Assembly: GCA_012295275.1 (NCBI GenBank)
Contig: CM022674.1
Location: 14,694,001-14,758,000, forward strand
Direction of reading: 5' to 3'
DNA: 64,000 bases
Origin: Chrysomallon squamiferum
Taxonomy: Eukaryota; Animalia; Mollusca
In this document: positions 28,269 through 41,044 of the stretch, in pieces
Layout of the letters: each line of letters begins with the position of its first letter
Numbering within the stretch: position 1 is the first letter of the stretch
Position numbers and translations under genes: made by a program
The notes under the pieces: model-generated
Told to the model about the DNA's origin: nothing
The model's database searches: none
The model's input: the letters and a program-made list of their open reading frames with translations, nothing else

Positions 28269-28417
28269 ATCACCTGATAAACATTTATTTTAACACTGCC
28301 AAGTTGCTGTTTCAAATCTAACACATCTCCTGATAAGGATTTGTTTTATAACTGATATTAAAATTGTTTCAAATCTACTGTTATGTAGGATGTTGTTAGA
28401 TAACTGACATTAAAATT

Positions 28418-28520
28418 CAGTGATATTACTGGATATAACAACTGTTATTACAATGAACAGTGATATTACTGGATATAACAACTGTTATTACAATGAACAG
28501 TGATACAACTAGATACAACA
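28418..28520. repeat. ~40-bp tandem repeat, ~2.5 copies
   Basis: cagtgatattactggatataacaactgttattacaatgaa. Confidence 0.85.
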
Positions 28521-28861
28521 ATTTATTAAAATCTCAGTGATGTAACCATCTAAGCTGGACTCACTAAAACATCAGTGTTTAGCAGTGTTAAAAGTTTTTA
28601 CTTTTCTTTTGGACGCTGCACGTCGGTGGTGGGCGTGTCTACTTGTTTCAACATTCTCAACATGCGCTCACTCAATGAGTCTTGGTATTTTACTGTTCCG
28701 TGTTTTTACTGCATGCAAAATATTCCACATTTCACTTAATATTTCTTACATATTGTACTAATTACATTTAACAGGGTTTGGAAAGATTTGAATGTATTTT
28801 GCCTTTTGTTTTTTTTTAATTGTGATTTCGGTACAAGATGAAAAAATACAACAGGAACAGG

Positions 28862-28903
<42 letters not shown>

Positions 28904-29211
28904 ATGCCTTTGAAAGAAAGGCTGAGAGAGCATCTACACTGATATAACGGTTTACAAACAGGTAATTTTGTCCATACTGGAATGTAATTTAATTAATCTG
29001 GATTGAGCACAATGAAATGAATTGTAACACACCTTGATGTAAGTTAAGTGAGAAATGATTGTTGAAGAAAAGAAAAGAAAGCTAAAAGCCACACTTGTGC
29101 AAGCAAACAAAGCAGCAGAGCTGAACAGAGACATTTGACTACACAACGTGTTTGTTTATCTCAAAGATTTCTTTATCTTTGGTCTTATAATGTTTATTCA
29201 TGAAGATTTAC

Positions 29212-29956
29212 CTGAGCTTTGTCCTTATTTATGCTATCATTTACAGGTGCCTGCATTTGTGGTTGATCCTTGTTTTTATCATCATGTGCTTGAGGTTGGA
29301 AGTAGTTGTTGTTGATCTTTGTTTTTATCATCATGTACTTCAGGAGGAAGTATCTGTGGTTGATCCTTGTTTTTATCATCATGTGCTTGAGGTGGAAGTA
29401 TCTGTGGTTGATCCTTGTTTTTATCATCATGTACTTCAGGAGGAAGTATCTGTGGTTGATCCTTGTTTTTATCATCATGTGCTTGAGGTGGAAGTATCTG
29501 TGGTTGATCCTTGTTTTTATCATCATGTGCTTGAGGTGGAAGTAGTTGTTGTTGATCTTTGTTTTTATCATCATGTACTTCAGGAAGATGTATCTGTGGT
29601 TGATCCTTGTTTTTATCATCATGTGGTTGAGGTGGAAGTAGTTGTTGTTGATCTTTGTTTTTATCAACATGTGGTTGAGGTGGAAGTAGTTGTTGTTGAT
29701 CTTTGTTTTTATCACCATGTTGTTCAGGGGTTAGTGTCTGCTGATTTTTATCGTCATGTACTGCAGGAGGGTGGATCTGTGGCTGATTATTGCGCAGTTC
29801 AGGTAATCTAGGAAAGTTTATCTGAGCTTGGTCTTGTTTTTCATTTACTTTGTTTTGCTGGTCTTGCATGTGTCCAGACATGCTAGCATCATTGTGAGTT
29901 TTGTTTGCTGCACTTCTCTCTAGCCTGTCATGTATCTCACCAGATGGCTTCGTTGT
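29212..29956 (-). CDS. GOLIM4: GOLIM4-like exon 11 with 48-bp (16-aa) coding VNTR; 1-bp frameshift at ~29296
   Basis: Acceptor tttattgcacAG (29957-58); TTKPSGEIHDRLERSAAN... then ~10 x QPQILPPQAHDDKNKD-type units; donor CAG|GTAAAT (29210-11). Length 745 nt; removing the extra T gives 744 nt, phase 0-0. Confidence 0.7.
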
Positions 29957-30369
29957 CTGTGCAATAAACATTTAACTTTGTGTTAAAACATTAACAGAAC
30001 AAGCTGTTCGGTCAGATTAAGTACAGTAACAGTTACCTCTTAACTGAGTTCTTCTAAACTGATTTGTACAATTCCACTGATTAACAGACAATAATACAAA
30101 ACAGACAACTCTGTTTTAATCTGCCTGCTAAAAACATAAATCATAAAAATAATATATGTATATAATTATTTAAAAAATATAATCTTTTATTCATATTTTT
30201 AGACCTGAAAACATGAGATAGAAAATGGGGAAAAATATTTTTTTGAGGGGGAAAGGGGAGTCAAGAAGAACTCATTTTATACATACAGTTGTTGAGCAGA
30301 CACCATGGACAGATGTTGTGAAGGACGAGGATGAAAGCAGAAGGTGAAGCAAGCTAAACGTGTTTGACT

Positions 30370-31335
30370 CAGATTTAAACTAACACAGACATGTTTTATG
30401 TGACAGATTTAAACTATTACACATTACGTTTTATGTGACAGATTTAAACTATTACACATTACGTTTTATGTGACAGATTTAAACTATTACACATTACATG
30501 TTTTATGTAACAGATTTAAACTATTACATATTACATGTTTTATGTGACAGATTTTAACTATTACACATTACATGTTTTATGTGACAGATTTAAACTATTA
30601 CATATTACATGTTTTATGTGACAGATTTTAACTATTACATATTACATGTTTTATGTGAAAGATTTAAACTATTACACATTACATGTTTTATGTGACAGAT
30701 TTAAACTATTACACATTACATGTTTTATGTGACAGATTTAAACTATTACACATTACATGTTTTATGTGACAGATTTAAACTATTACACATTACATGTTTT
30801 ATGTGATAGATTTAAACTATTACATATTACATGTTTTATGTGACAGATTTAAACTATTACATATTACATGTTTTATGTGACAGATTTAAACTATTACACA
30901 TTACATGTTTTATGTGAAAGATTTAAACTATTACATATTACATGTTTTATGTGACAGATTTAAACTATTACACATTACGTTTTATGTGACAGATTTAAAC
31001 TATTACATATTACACGATTTATGTGACAGATTTAAACTATTACACATTACATGTTTTATGTGACAGATTTAAACTATTACACATTACATTTTATGTGACA
31101 GATTTAAACTATTACACATTACATGTTTTATGTGACAGATTTAAACTATTACATATTACATGTTTTATGTGACAGATTTAAACTATTACATATTACATGT
31201 TTTATGTGACAGATTTAAACTATTAAATAGTACATGTTTTATGTGACATATTTAAAATATTACATATTACATATTTTATGTGACAGATTACATATTACAT
31301 GTTTTGGTGACATATTTAAACTATTACATATTACA
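30370..31335. repeat. 37-bp minisatellite, ~26 copies
   Basis: acagatttaaactattacacattacatgttttatgtg. Confidence 0.97.
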
Positions 31336-32279
31336 ACTGCAAGTAGAAAAAGTAAGCATATTCCTATTTAAATTTGTTATACTTACTCTTCTCAGGATTT
31401 AAGTTTAACAATCACTGATACAACACACAGTGTCACTCACAAGAAATATCTTTACAATAGGTATCTGTTCATTTCTTATTTATTTATTTATTTACCTACC
31501 TTTTTATTTATTTATTTATTTTTGCCTAACGTTTGTAATAGTTCACAAATGCAGTAAAATGATTTCAAATCAATCTCGGACGATTACAAAAGTTACTGTG
31601 TCATGGACTTTGTGTGAAGCATCTGTGAATGTATTTATGGATGTAAACAGAGAAGATATGCATGAAATAGCTTGAATAAATGCATCCAAGTTGTTGCAGA
31701 ATTATGAAGCATGGAATATTCAGTGGAAATCCTGTCCAGTGTTCACAATAAAAGGCTGACATTCAGTCACAAATCTCTGCAAGTCAGAACAACTCCATTA
31801 GTGAACTGCTTGATGTAAGGTCTCAGTAGAAATAACAGATGTTGAGTCATGGGAATGTTTGAGCCTGGAACCATGTCAGTTCAGCATCGTCATGAAGACT
31901 GATGCAAGTGTTATCAACAAAAGACACCAGCTGTCACTCACCAAGACACGTGAATCCAAACATGGAAGTTTCTGCAGGTGTCAGTGAGATGAAGGTGCAG
32001 GTTTGTATCAAAGCAGACACACTCAGCAGTGTCAGCTCTGATCTCGACTCTTTAGTCATGTGGCTCATTTGTTTATGGCAGATGCAGACATTTCTCCTTT
32101 CACATTGCAACTTTCATACATGGCAGCAAAAACTAATGATCATTTGTGTGATGCTATAAATCATTACTAGTATAATTATCTACACACACATTTAATCTAA
32201 TGTTTAATTTATAACATGAACTTGAAGATCCTGCAAAGTTGACACCTTTGTGTAATTTGCAGTTTTTCAATTAAAAAAT

Positions 32280-32845
32280 TCATCAATATGTTTACATGAC
32301 ACATTTCTCACCATCATCAATGTTTACACATTTCTCTTCAACATCATCAATGTGCTTACATGTTTTTCATCAACATCAATATGTTTATATTTCTCATCAG
32401 CATCATCAATGTTTACATATTTCACATCACCAGTATGTTAACACGATATATATCTCATCAGCATCATCAACATCAGGCTGACATACATCTCATCAACATC
32501 ATCAATGTTTACATATTTCACATCACCAGTATGTTAACACGATATATATCTCATCAGCATCATCAACATCAGGCTGACATACATCTCATCAACATCATCA
32601 ATGTTTACATAATACATATATCTCTTCAACGTGATTAGTATGTTTACATATTTCACATCACCAGTATGTTAACACGATATATATCTCATCAGCATCAACA
32701 TCAGGCTGACATACATCTCATCAACATCATCAATGTTTACATATTTCTCATCACCATCATCAACATTTACATGACACATATCTTATGAACATCATCAACA
32801 TGTTTAAAAAACACATTGCTCATCTGCATCATCAATGTTTACTTG
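32280..32845. repeat. CATCA-rich complex repeat with ~100-bp duplications
   Basis: tttacatatttcacatcaccagtatgttaacacgatatatatctcatcagcatc...aggctgacatacatctc occurs three times. Confidence 0.85.
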
Positions 32846-34572
32846 ACACAGTTTTTATCATTTTTATCACTGTGTTTGTGTTTGTACATTATGTCTACAT
32901 GACTATAAGTCAAGCTCTGTAACTAATTGCTATATAAAATGAATATACACTCAAAACAAATCTGATGAAAACAGCTGCACAAGAGATTATTATTTACTGA
33001 TCCACATTTCAACATATCATTACAGGATGTTGTTACATGTTTATATACAGCTTATAAAGATCACATTTCAGTTAAATAAGTAACTTGAAATGTTTTAGTT
33101 CCTGATGGAAGAAAACCATCATTAAATTGTTAGTAAAAATATGTTATAGTCTAATATTAGAGATGGAACACACTTTGTTAATCAGCACAGACTCTCAGTG
33201 TACAAGGGACTCCAGCTAATCCAGGTTTATTGTGAAGCAGGACAATCACAAAGTACTTGTCTGTCTGTCATTTAACTATTATAAACAAACTCTAATCCGA
33301 ATGATATCTATTTCTGATATCAGGTAAAATTTCTGAAAACTACAGTTTATCTAGTAATTCACTTTGTCTACACTGTTGTGCAAGCAAAATTAGTTCTTAA
33401 ACAGTTTGCAAATAATTAGACTACTGCTTGAGATGAAATGATCATGCTTCTTTGAAAGCTTACTACACAATGATCCCTCACATCCTGTAATTCCTACAAG
33501 CAGCTAGATCAACAAGATTATTCCTAGTGTGTGTTCAATTCATTAATTTAGTGTCAAAAAAACATTCTGCATAAAACATGTAGCACATATTTTGTGTTGT
33601 CCTACTGCAGAAAATGTTTAAAAAAGACAACACCATATCACTGCAGGCTAAAGCAAATGAATAAAAGATTTTCTGTTAAACCCACTGTGTAAACAGATTT
33701 CAACTACGCAGTTTAAAATAGGAAGACAATGAGAATCTAACATTTTAAGAATAAAAAAACATTTCAACTGACAGTTAACAAGTAAACCAAATTGTCTCCA
33801 GTGGCATACATAACCGGTTCCAAGTGAAACAGCCCACTGTACAGGTTACAGACGCAAGTGTTATAGCAACAAAGAAAATTATTGTAAAATTTTCCATTAA
33901 ATTTGTATATATGATAAGTGAAGAGGGGTACATGCACATCTGAATGTAAAGATGTAACTAGCAGGTTAAACTACTGGGTATTGGTATGACATGCAGTTTA
34001 ATGTAAAAGAAACACTATAGAAACATAATACAACACTAAAAAAACCAACACAGGTTGAGTAACCCTTCTGCAGCTGCCACTTTTGAAACTATATAAAATA
34101 AATTAAGAAAGGAAATATTGCATTTTATCTAACATTTTTAATTATTACTATACTTTATCAAATGTAATTAATAAAGGGAAAGGGCAGAAGAAAGACAAGT
34201 AACAGGTTATTCAGTAAGCAGTAAGTAATCTCTTATGTTCACCTGTCTATACACAGGAAAGAAGAAACAGTTTTCTGTGACAAGGCAGTGCTAGGGATGT
34301 GACAGGGAACTGACACACACGAGTCTCCCATTTCACCTCTAATACACAGACTGTTTACAATTATTTTAATTTGATTTTGCTTTACTCTTCACTTACAGAA
34401 CACGTGAAAGTGTTAGTGAAAGGTTACTCAACCTGATTTAAATAATAAAACAACAACAACAACAACAACACTACCATCACCAACATAATAATAATAAAAT
34501 TTACATAAAACACTTTATAAAATTGATATTATCAGATTTTTACAAAACAACTAGACATTTGTATCAAACATA

Positions 34573-35378
34573 CCGTATATACTTGTGTACAAGGCAACCT
34601 TATGTATAAGTCGATGTGTATTTTAAGAACAAAAATTGCGTCATTTTAGGTATTACTTGTGTATAAGTCAACTGTAGATTCCAGGCACCGTCACTATTTT
34701 TAGACCAGTGTGACAGTGCCATGAAGGCCTACATTGTACGCCTACTGTAACATAACTTGCACAAGCTGTAACTTGCACGAACATACCATAATAACATACA
34801 TGCATGTATTACACGAGCTATAGCCTAAATGTAGCATAAATAGTATCTCTTTAATGTAATAGGTCTAATATGGAGACCTAACTTACCGCTTTATTTAGCC
34901 GTTCTGTGATTTAAAATTTGTCGGTAGTGGATATTAATGACGATTGCAATATTATTTCACCAAATTCTTAACAATTAAAAAGTGAGTTTTGTTTATGAAA
35001 TTAGGACCGATATTTAGTGCAATTTGGCAGAGAAGTCTGCATTCATAGATCATTGCAAGATGCCGTAAGGCATAACGCCGTACTGACGGTTTTCTCGCTT
35101 TAAAATGTATTTTTATGTCATTAAACGGAAGAATATCATGTTTTACATTCATATTTGGTTTTGTTATTTAATTTTTCAAAATTTTTTATACGATAAAATT
35201 TTATTTTTGTAAAGCTGAAAGACCGTGATTATGTTAGATGCATCCCGTAGCAAAAAATGGTCAAAATGGCGACTCTTCAGCAACAGCTACAAAAGCATTA
35301 CCTATGTATAAGTCGACCCCCAAAATATTACCTTAATATAGTCTCCCAAAAATTCGACTTATACACAAGTATATACGG
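34573..35378. mobile_element. Non-autonomous Tc1/mariner element, Tc2-type termini, ~806 bp
   Basis: TA|CCGTATATACTTGTGTACAAG ... CTTATACACAAGTATATACGG|TA (20/21 match), TA duplications at 34571-72 and 35379-80; subterminal tgtataagtc repeats; CpG retained; no long ORF. Confidence 0.92.
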
Positions 35379-35616
35379 TAACTCAAGGACTAAACTGCAG
35401 GGTTTAAATTTTTTTCTTGTCAAAATTTGATGTTTTTATCACAAAGGTTTTTCTTATTTGAAAAAGATATGAGGCAGGAAAGCAGTACTGTTAGTTTGGA
35501 AAAAGCAGGTTTTATGTAAAATTAACATTGAGAGTTAAATGATTAGAATGTGTGATTTTATTTAAGCACAATTAGTTATAAACAACACACACACGCACAC
35601 AGTGTTAAAAACTTAC

Positions 35617-35714
35617 TTGGTTCGGATTCACCCCTGCGTTCCCAGCTTCCAGGTTCGGAGGCTGAACCTGAGGTTGCTGTGCCTCTGCATTCTGTTGTAC
35701 AACAGCAGCATTAC
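35617..35714 (-). CDS. GOLIM4: GOLIM4-like exon 10
   Basis: gttgtatttAG acceptor, CAA|GTAAGT donor, 98 nt, phase 1-0; GNAAVVQQNAEAQQPQVQPPNLEAGNAGVNPNQ. Confidence 0.82.
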
Positions 35715-36062
35715 CTAAATACAACAGCAAAAATAACAGAAACTTTACCTAAACATAATTATATATAACATTATATATAACAACAAAAATACCAACAGCA
35801 ATTAACAGACATATTACCTAAATATAATTATATAACATCACAAATAACAATACTAAAAACAACAGTAATAACAGAGATATTACCTAAATTAACTACAAAA
35901 CATTATACATAGAAATACTAATAAAATAAAATATAATACTAATAATAGTACCTGAAATTATTATTTATCTGTGATAACAACACATTTTTGAAAAATCCAA
36001 ACTGAATATTATGTTTAAATGAGATTAATATTGATATATGTAACAGTATTAATAACACTTTT

Positions 36063-36305
36063 GATTAACATAAATATTATAATAACTCATTAGATTAACA
36101 TAAATGCTATATAAACTCCTTAGATTAAAATAAATGTTATGTAAACTCATTAGATTAAAATAAATGTTATGTAAACTCATTAGATTAAAATAAATGTTAT
36201 GTAAACTCATTAGATTAAAATAACTGTTATGTAAACTCATTAGATTAAAATAAATGTTATGTAAACTCCTTAGAAAATAAATGTTATGTAAACTCATTAG
36301 ATTAA
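36063..36305. repeat. 30-bp minisatellite, ~8 copies
   Basis: tagattaaaataaatgttatgtaaactcat. Confidence 0.93.
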
Positions 36306-36497
36306 TATCAATGTGTTTTTAAAGTGATTTGGCTTATTCGGTTTCGTCAAGCCGATACTGTGTGACAGAACTTAACAATAATTTAAAGTACTGGAATAAA
36401 AGATGATAACAATTTGTAGAAAGTAGTTTTCTAGAAGACAGTCATAGAAAAACATTTAAAAAGATTTGTTCTTTCTCATCACTGCAGGGTTGTCTTG

Positions 36498-36635
36498 TGA
36501 GCTGGTGTTTGAGCTGGTGTTTGAGCCAGTGTTTGAGCTGGTGTTTGAGCCGGTGTTTGAGCCGGTGATTGAGCTGGTGTTTGAGCCGGTGTTTGAGCCG
36601 GTGTTTGAGCCAGTGTTTGAGCCGGTGTTTGAGCT
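36498..36635. repeat. 12-bp minisatellite, ~11 copies
   Basis: gagccggtgttt / gagctggtgttt. Confidence 0.95.
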
Positions 36636-37200
36636 GACAGATTTTACTGTTGAGTTTCTTGTAAATCTCCTCTATGGTGTGTACATCTCTTCTGTCAACT
36701 TTGCTCTTTCACATTTCTCTGTTCCCCTCATCAGTTGTACAAATCTGTATATGCTGGGATGTTGTTAAGGAAGCAATCTACTGACCACATCATTGTTCAT
36801 TCTTGGGACACACACATGAACTGGTCCAGTCATTCTTTATGGGCAAGCAGAACACAGAGTGGGTTTCAGAGTGTCGACAGCAGGTGAACAAACCTTCCTT
36901 GTAAATCTTGTAAACCTCAGCTGATCTTCTGACAAATGCCGCATCTTTACCTCAACCACCAAATAACAAGAATCTCTTGCCATTATGTTTTTCATAGACT
37001 TTGCAGATTAATGTTTTGTAGTTTCTGTATCACTGTCTGTGGAATTCTTGAGGCTGGGAAAGTGTGGATGTCGTGGATGTCTTGCTTCTTTCACCAACTT
37101 GAAATTAAATATCCCTGCTGCACAGCTGATGTTTCAGACCAAGCTCATGTTCATTTTGTGCATCTCCAGTATGTAGTTACTTCGTTAATGTGATTTTGAT
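36636..37200 (-). mobile_element. Probable decayed Mutator (MULE/FLYWCH) transposase remnant
   Basis: Minus-strand fragments in expected order: TTYWRCTK (FLYWCH-like, ~37154-37177), PRMNNDV (cf. RTNNxxEGWH, ~36787-36806), HPSIYRFVQLMR (~36725-36761), IYKKLNSKICQL (~36630-36666); separated by stops, frameshifts and a large deletion. Confidence 0.55.
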
Positions 37201-37202
37201 GG

Positions 37203-37398
37203 TGCACACACATCAAACTAAACTTGTTTTCCATGATTTGACTGTGCACACACATCTAACTAAACTAGTTTTCCATGATTTGACTGTGCATACAGACATC
37301 TAACTAAACTTGTTTTCCATGATTTGACTGTGCATACACACATCTAACTAAACTTGTTTTGATTTGACTGTGCAAACACACACATCTAACTAAACTTT
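37203..37398. repeat. ~40-bp minisatellite, ~5 copies
   Basis: tgtgcacacacatctaactaaacttgttttccatgatttgac. Confidence 0.9.
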
Positions 37399-37555
37399 GA
37401 AACAACACTGTACGTTTTACTCTTCAATAAAATGTCAAATATTTGCAATGTCTGGATTTACACAACTGCTGATACAGTAACAAGCATTTTTTTCTTTTCA
37501 ACTGATTAGCTTTTTGACCAAAATAGACAACACCACTGAACTGATATAAATATGT

Positions 37556-37615
<60 letters not shown>

Positions 37616-37620
37616 CAAAC

Positions 37621-37678
37621 CTTGTTGGATGTTTCCAGCCTGGTCTAAATTGTGACCTTGTTGATTCTGATTCATAGC
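37621..37678 (-). CDS. GOLIM4: GOLIM4-like exon 9
   Basis: tttgtttttttAG-type acceptor (37679-80), AAG|GTTTGA donor, 58 nt, phase 0-1; AMNQNQQGHNLDQAGNIQQ. Confidence 0.78.
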
Positions 37679-37853
37679 CTAAAAAACAAAAAATAATATC
37701 AGAACAACGCACACACACACAAAAGTATATTTTATGGACTTTGTATTGTAAAATGTATTATTAAGAAAACATTTGCAGTTAGAATAATTTAATAACAGAA
37801 TTAAAAATGATAAATAATTTAAAAATTGATTCAGTTTCAAACATTTAACTTAC

Positions 37854-38084
37854 AGCAATATTTGGGTCTTGTCCTTGACCTTGGCCTTGCAACTGACCCT
37901 GTATCAGACCTTGACCTAGATTTGCTGCATTGTTAATATTTTGACCTTCAACTGGTTGAACAACATTCTGATTAAACTGTTGTACTGGTTGTTGCTGTTG
38001 CTGCTGCTGCTGTTGTTGCTGTTGCTGTTGTTGTTGCACATTCTGTAAATCTGGCTGATTCTGAAGTGGAACGTTTGCTACATT
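37854..38084 (-). CDS. GOLIM4: GOLIM4-like exon 8 (poly-Q)
   Basis: ttaacttcacAG acceptor, GCT|GTAAGT donor, 231 nt, phase 0-0; NVANVPLQNQPDLQNV(Q16)PVQQFNQ...QDPNIA. Confidence 0.85.
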
Positions 38085-38632
38085 CTGTGAAGTTAAAAAC
38101 AAAAAACAGTTTTAATTTCTGCAGGTTTTATTTAATTTCTGTTAATTATTCTGTACACTTTGACGCTGACCTCAAAAAAAAAAAAAATTTGTATATAATC
38201 AATTTTTATTTTTTATTTTCAGCAACTCTTTACTAGATAGTGTCTAAGTTTTTTCACTTTTCTCAGTGAATACTTAACAAAATATAAAGTTTTTTTATTT
38301 CATTTCTTCTCAGTAAATATGTAGCATTAGTCTGTAGTGTTTCTACAGTAACCAAACAGCAGCTGTTCTCAGTGAAAACACACATCACAGTGGATCATTT
38401 GGCAGCAGTTGGAATGGGAAATCTGTGCTTTATTTTATTATATGACATTTCTAAATGACTGACTGAACAGTACAGACATTTCTAATAGGTGCAGACATAA
38501 ATCTAAAGAAAAAAATAATGTCCCAGCAAGTACAGTATGGAAAAGTGAACTGTAAACCTTCAATATCAATGAACAACACTAACTTAAAGTCATAAAAATA
38601 ACTATCTTCATTTGTTAAACAGTAAATAATGT

Positions 38633-38930
38633 CAGATAGAACATGAAATAACAATACCAGCTATATTAAAATACACATGATTAAAAACCTGTATATAATA
38701 ATATATATAAACAACACTTTCAGTCTGATGTTTACAAATAAGTAAGATATTGATGAAAATTATTTATAAATTCTTCATATCAATACACATACAATCTTGC
38801 AAATAAATACATCACACTTGTTCTCTGAAATATATTTACACACACACAAAATACATTTTCAAATATACCTTTCCAAGCACTTACTAAATACACATAATAC
38901 AGTTTACAAACACAAATACATTTATACACA
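38633..38930. repeat. Dispersed direct repeat, copy A (copy B at ~45736-46015)
   Basis: acatgaaataacaatac...ttaaaatacacatgattaaaaacctgtatataataatatatataaacaacactttcagtctgat...atacctttccaagcacttactaaatacacataatacagtttacaaacacaaatacattt present at both loci. Confidence 0.9.
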
Positions 38931-39730
38931 CACAGACAAATACACAGTTAAATATTAAAATAAATCTTCATGTTATTGTTGTCTGAAAATAAACTTGTGG
39001 AGAAACTAAAATGTTTTAAAACATAAGCTGGGTTTGGGTGTGACAGATTTTGTTATAACTACATTATGATGATTATCTCTAATTTCATGCACATGCATTC
39101 TTCTTTACTGCAAGAAATACTACAGAACAAACACCACAAAAATTTGAGTAAACAAGCAAACACAGCATGATGCAGACAAAACAAACAGGGGAAAAATCAG
39201 AAAGTTAAAAATGACAATTTTCCAGGATTATTAGAAATCTGACAGTTATCTTGTCAAAATGAACCAAACCAGAATTTCTAATTTTAAGAATGAACCAAGC
39301 AGAAGTTTAATATAGTTTTAGAATGAACCAAAACCAGAATTCATGTAAAGATTTAGAAATGAACCAAACCAGGATTCTGATAAAAATATAAAAATGAATC
39401 AGTTCTGTAGTTTTAGAAATGAAACAAATTACATAGTTTTAGATATGAATTAATAGAATAAACAGAAATTGTTTTTTTTTATAGGTAAAGTTAGGTTTAT
39501 TAGATACTTTCTTCCATGGGTACTGATTCTGAATCTTAAAAATTAATTTACTGTAATAATCTGTTAACAATTACAGTAATGTTATTTATTTATTCTTATT
39601 TCTACAGATTCAACATTTGATTTGACATTAGAAACTAAAATGACTTGAATACTGTTTGTAAAGAAAACAGTGATAGTAACAAACTGATAGATACAACATT
39701 AAACTGACTTGTAAAGAAAACAGTTACAAC

Positions 39731-39793
39731 CTTTGACTGCACAATTTCCTTTTCCAACTGGCGAATGAGAGACTGATCATGCTGTAACTGTTT
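39731..39793 (-). CDS. GOLIM4: GOLIM4-like exon 7 (coiled coil)
   Basis: ttgtttttgtttactAG acceptor; KQLQHDQSLIRQLEKEIVQSK; two in-frame candidate donors (exon end 39731 or 39728). Confidence 0.68.
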
Positions 39794-40543
39794 CTAGTAA
39801 ACAAAAACAATCCTTGTTGTAAACAAGTTCTTAGTAAACTAAAACATTTATGGTAAAAAAAAAAAAACAAAAAAAAAAAAAAAAACCAACCAACCAAAAC
39901 AACAAAAAAAAAAACAATCAAAAATAAAAAAATATCCTTTTATATAAACGACACAAACATTTTCTTCTTTTTAATTTTTAACATTATTCCTTATTGTAAA
40001 CAAAAACATGCCATAATGTAACAACTTGCAGATGTTTACAATTAAAAAAATAAAACATCAGACTTTCTGAGAAAACAAACAATACATGCTATAAACAGTT
40101 ACATCCCATATTGTAAACATTTTGAGTAAACAAAAACATTCCCTAATGAAAACAAAACATTCTGTTATGTGGAAGTTAGAATTATGTACAGTGTAACTCT
40201 GTGTAACACAAAGAGATAAGTTAACAGAAGGAAACTTACTGTTTTGAACAACAACAAAATGAAAACAAGTAAACTGTTACTGTAACTTGTGACAAAACAA
40301 AAACCAAGAAAGTAAGAATCATCTTTTCTTTTTTTGAATATTTCTGTTTTAAACTGTTTTATCTAGACAAATGAAGTTTGTTAATAATCAAACACACTGA
40401 GACACATACATACACACAAACTCACAGACACATAGATGGTCTGATTGAACTCTGAATGTACAGTAAGTAATACATGACAGCTAACTTTATTATTCAGCTC
40501 AGTGAGTGACCCATGAAGAGATCGTCATGGCAGCAGAACTCAC

Positions 40544-40626
40544 CTGTCCATTCTGTAGCTGTGAGCGCAGTGTGTTTATCTCATTCTGTAACTGTTCATT
40601 TTGTCTCTGGTAGTTTGCTACCTGGT
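40544..40626 (-). CDS. GOLIM4: GOLIM4-like exon 6
   Basis: ttgttttaccAG acceptor, CAG|GTGAGT donor, 83 nt, phase 1-0; DQVANYQRQNEQLQNEINTLRSQLQNGQ. Confidence 0.88.
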
Positions 40627-41044
40627 CTGGTAAAACAACAAAATAACAACTATAATAACAATAACAGCTTCAACTACAACAACTACAATTTCAATAACAA
40701 CAACAACAACAACAACTGCAACATCAATAACAAAACAACAAGTACAATAACAACTATAATAATAATAACAATAATAATGATAACAAGAACAATACAACTA
40801 TAACAACAATATGATAATATTAATAACAATAATAATAATAATGATAATAACAGTAATAATAATAAAAATAATAATAATAATAAATATAACAATACTATGG
40901 TAACTGTAATTTTGGTGGTAATATTAGTGGTGGTGATAGTAATTATAATATTAGTAATAGCAGTGGTAATCAAAGTACTACATCTGTTTTTTATTTAAAA
41001 ATAATTGTTTTACCGTTTCATACTTTTTTTCTTTTATTGGTCTA

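Noticed and set aside
29194-29811. Overlapping ORFs in other frames and on the plus strand
   Set aside because: By-products of the 48-bp VNTR; only the Q/P/D/K-rich minus frame has matching splice sites and composition.
31560-32160. Slightly GC-richer segment with an 85-aa ORF
   Set aside because: No recognisable motif or phase-compatible exon; possibly an old repeat fragment.
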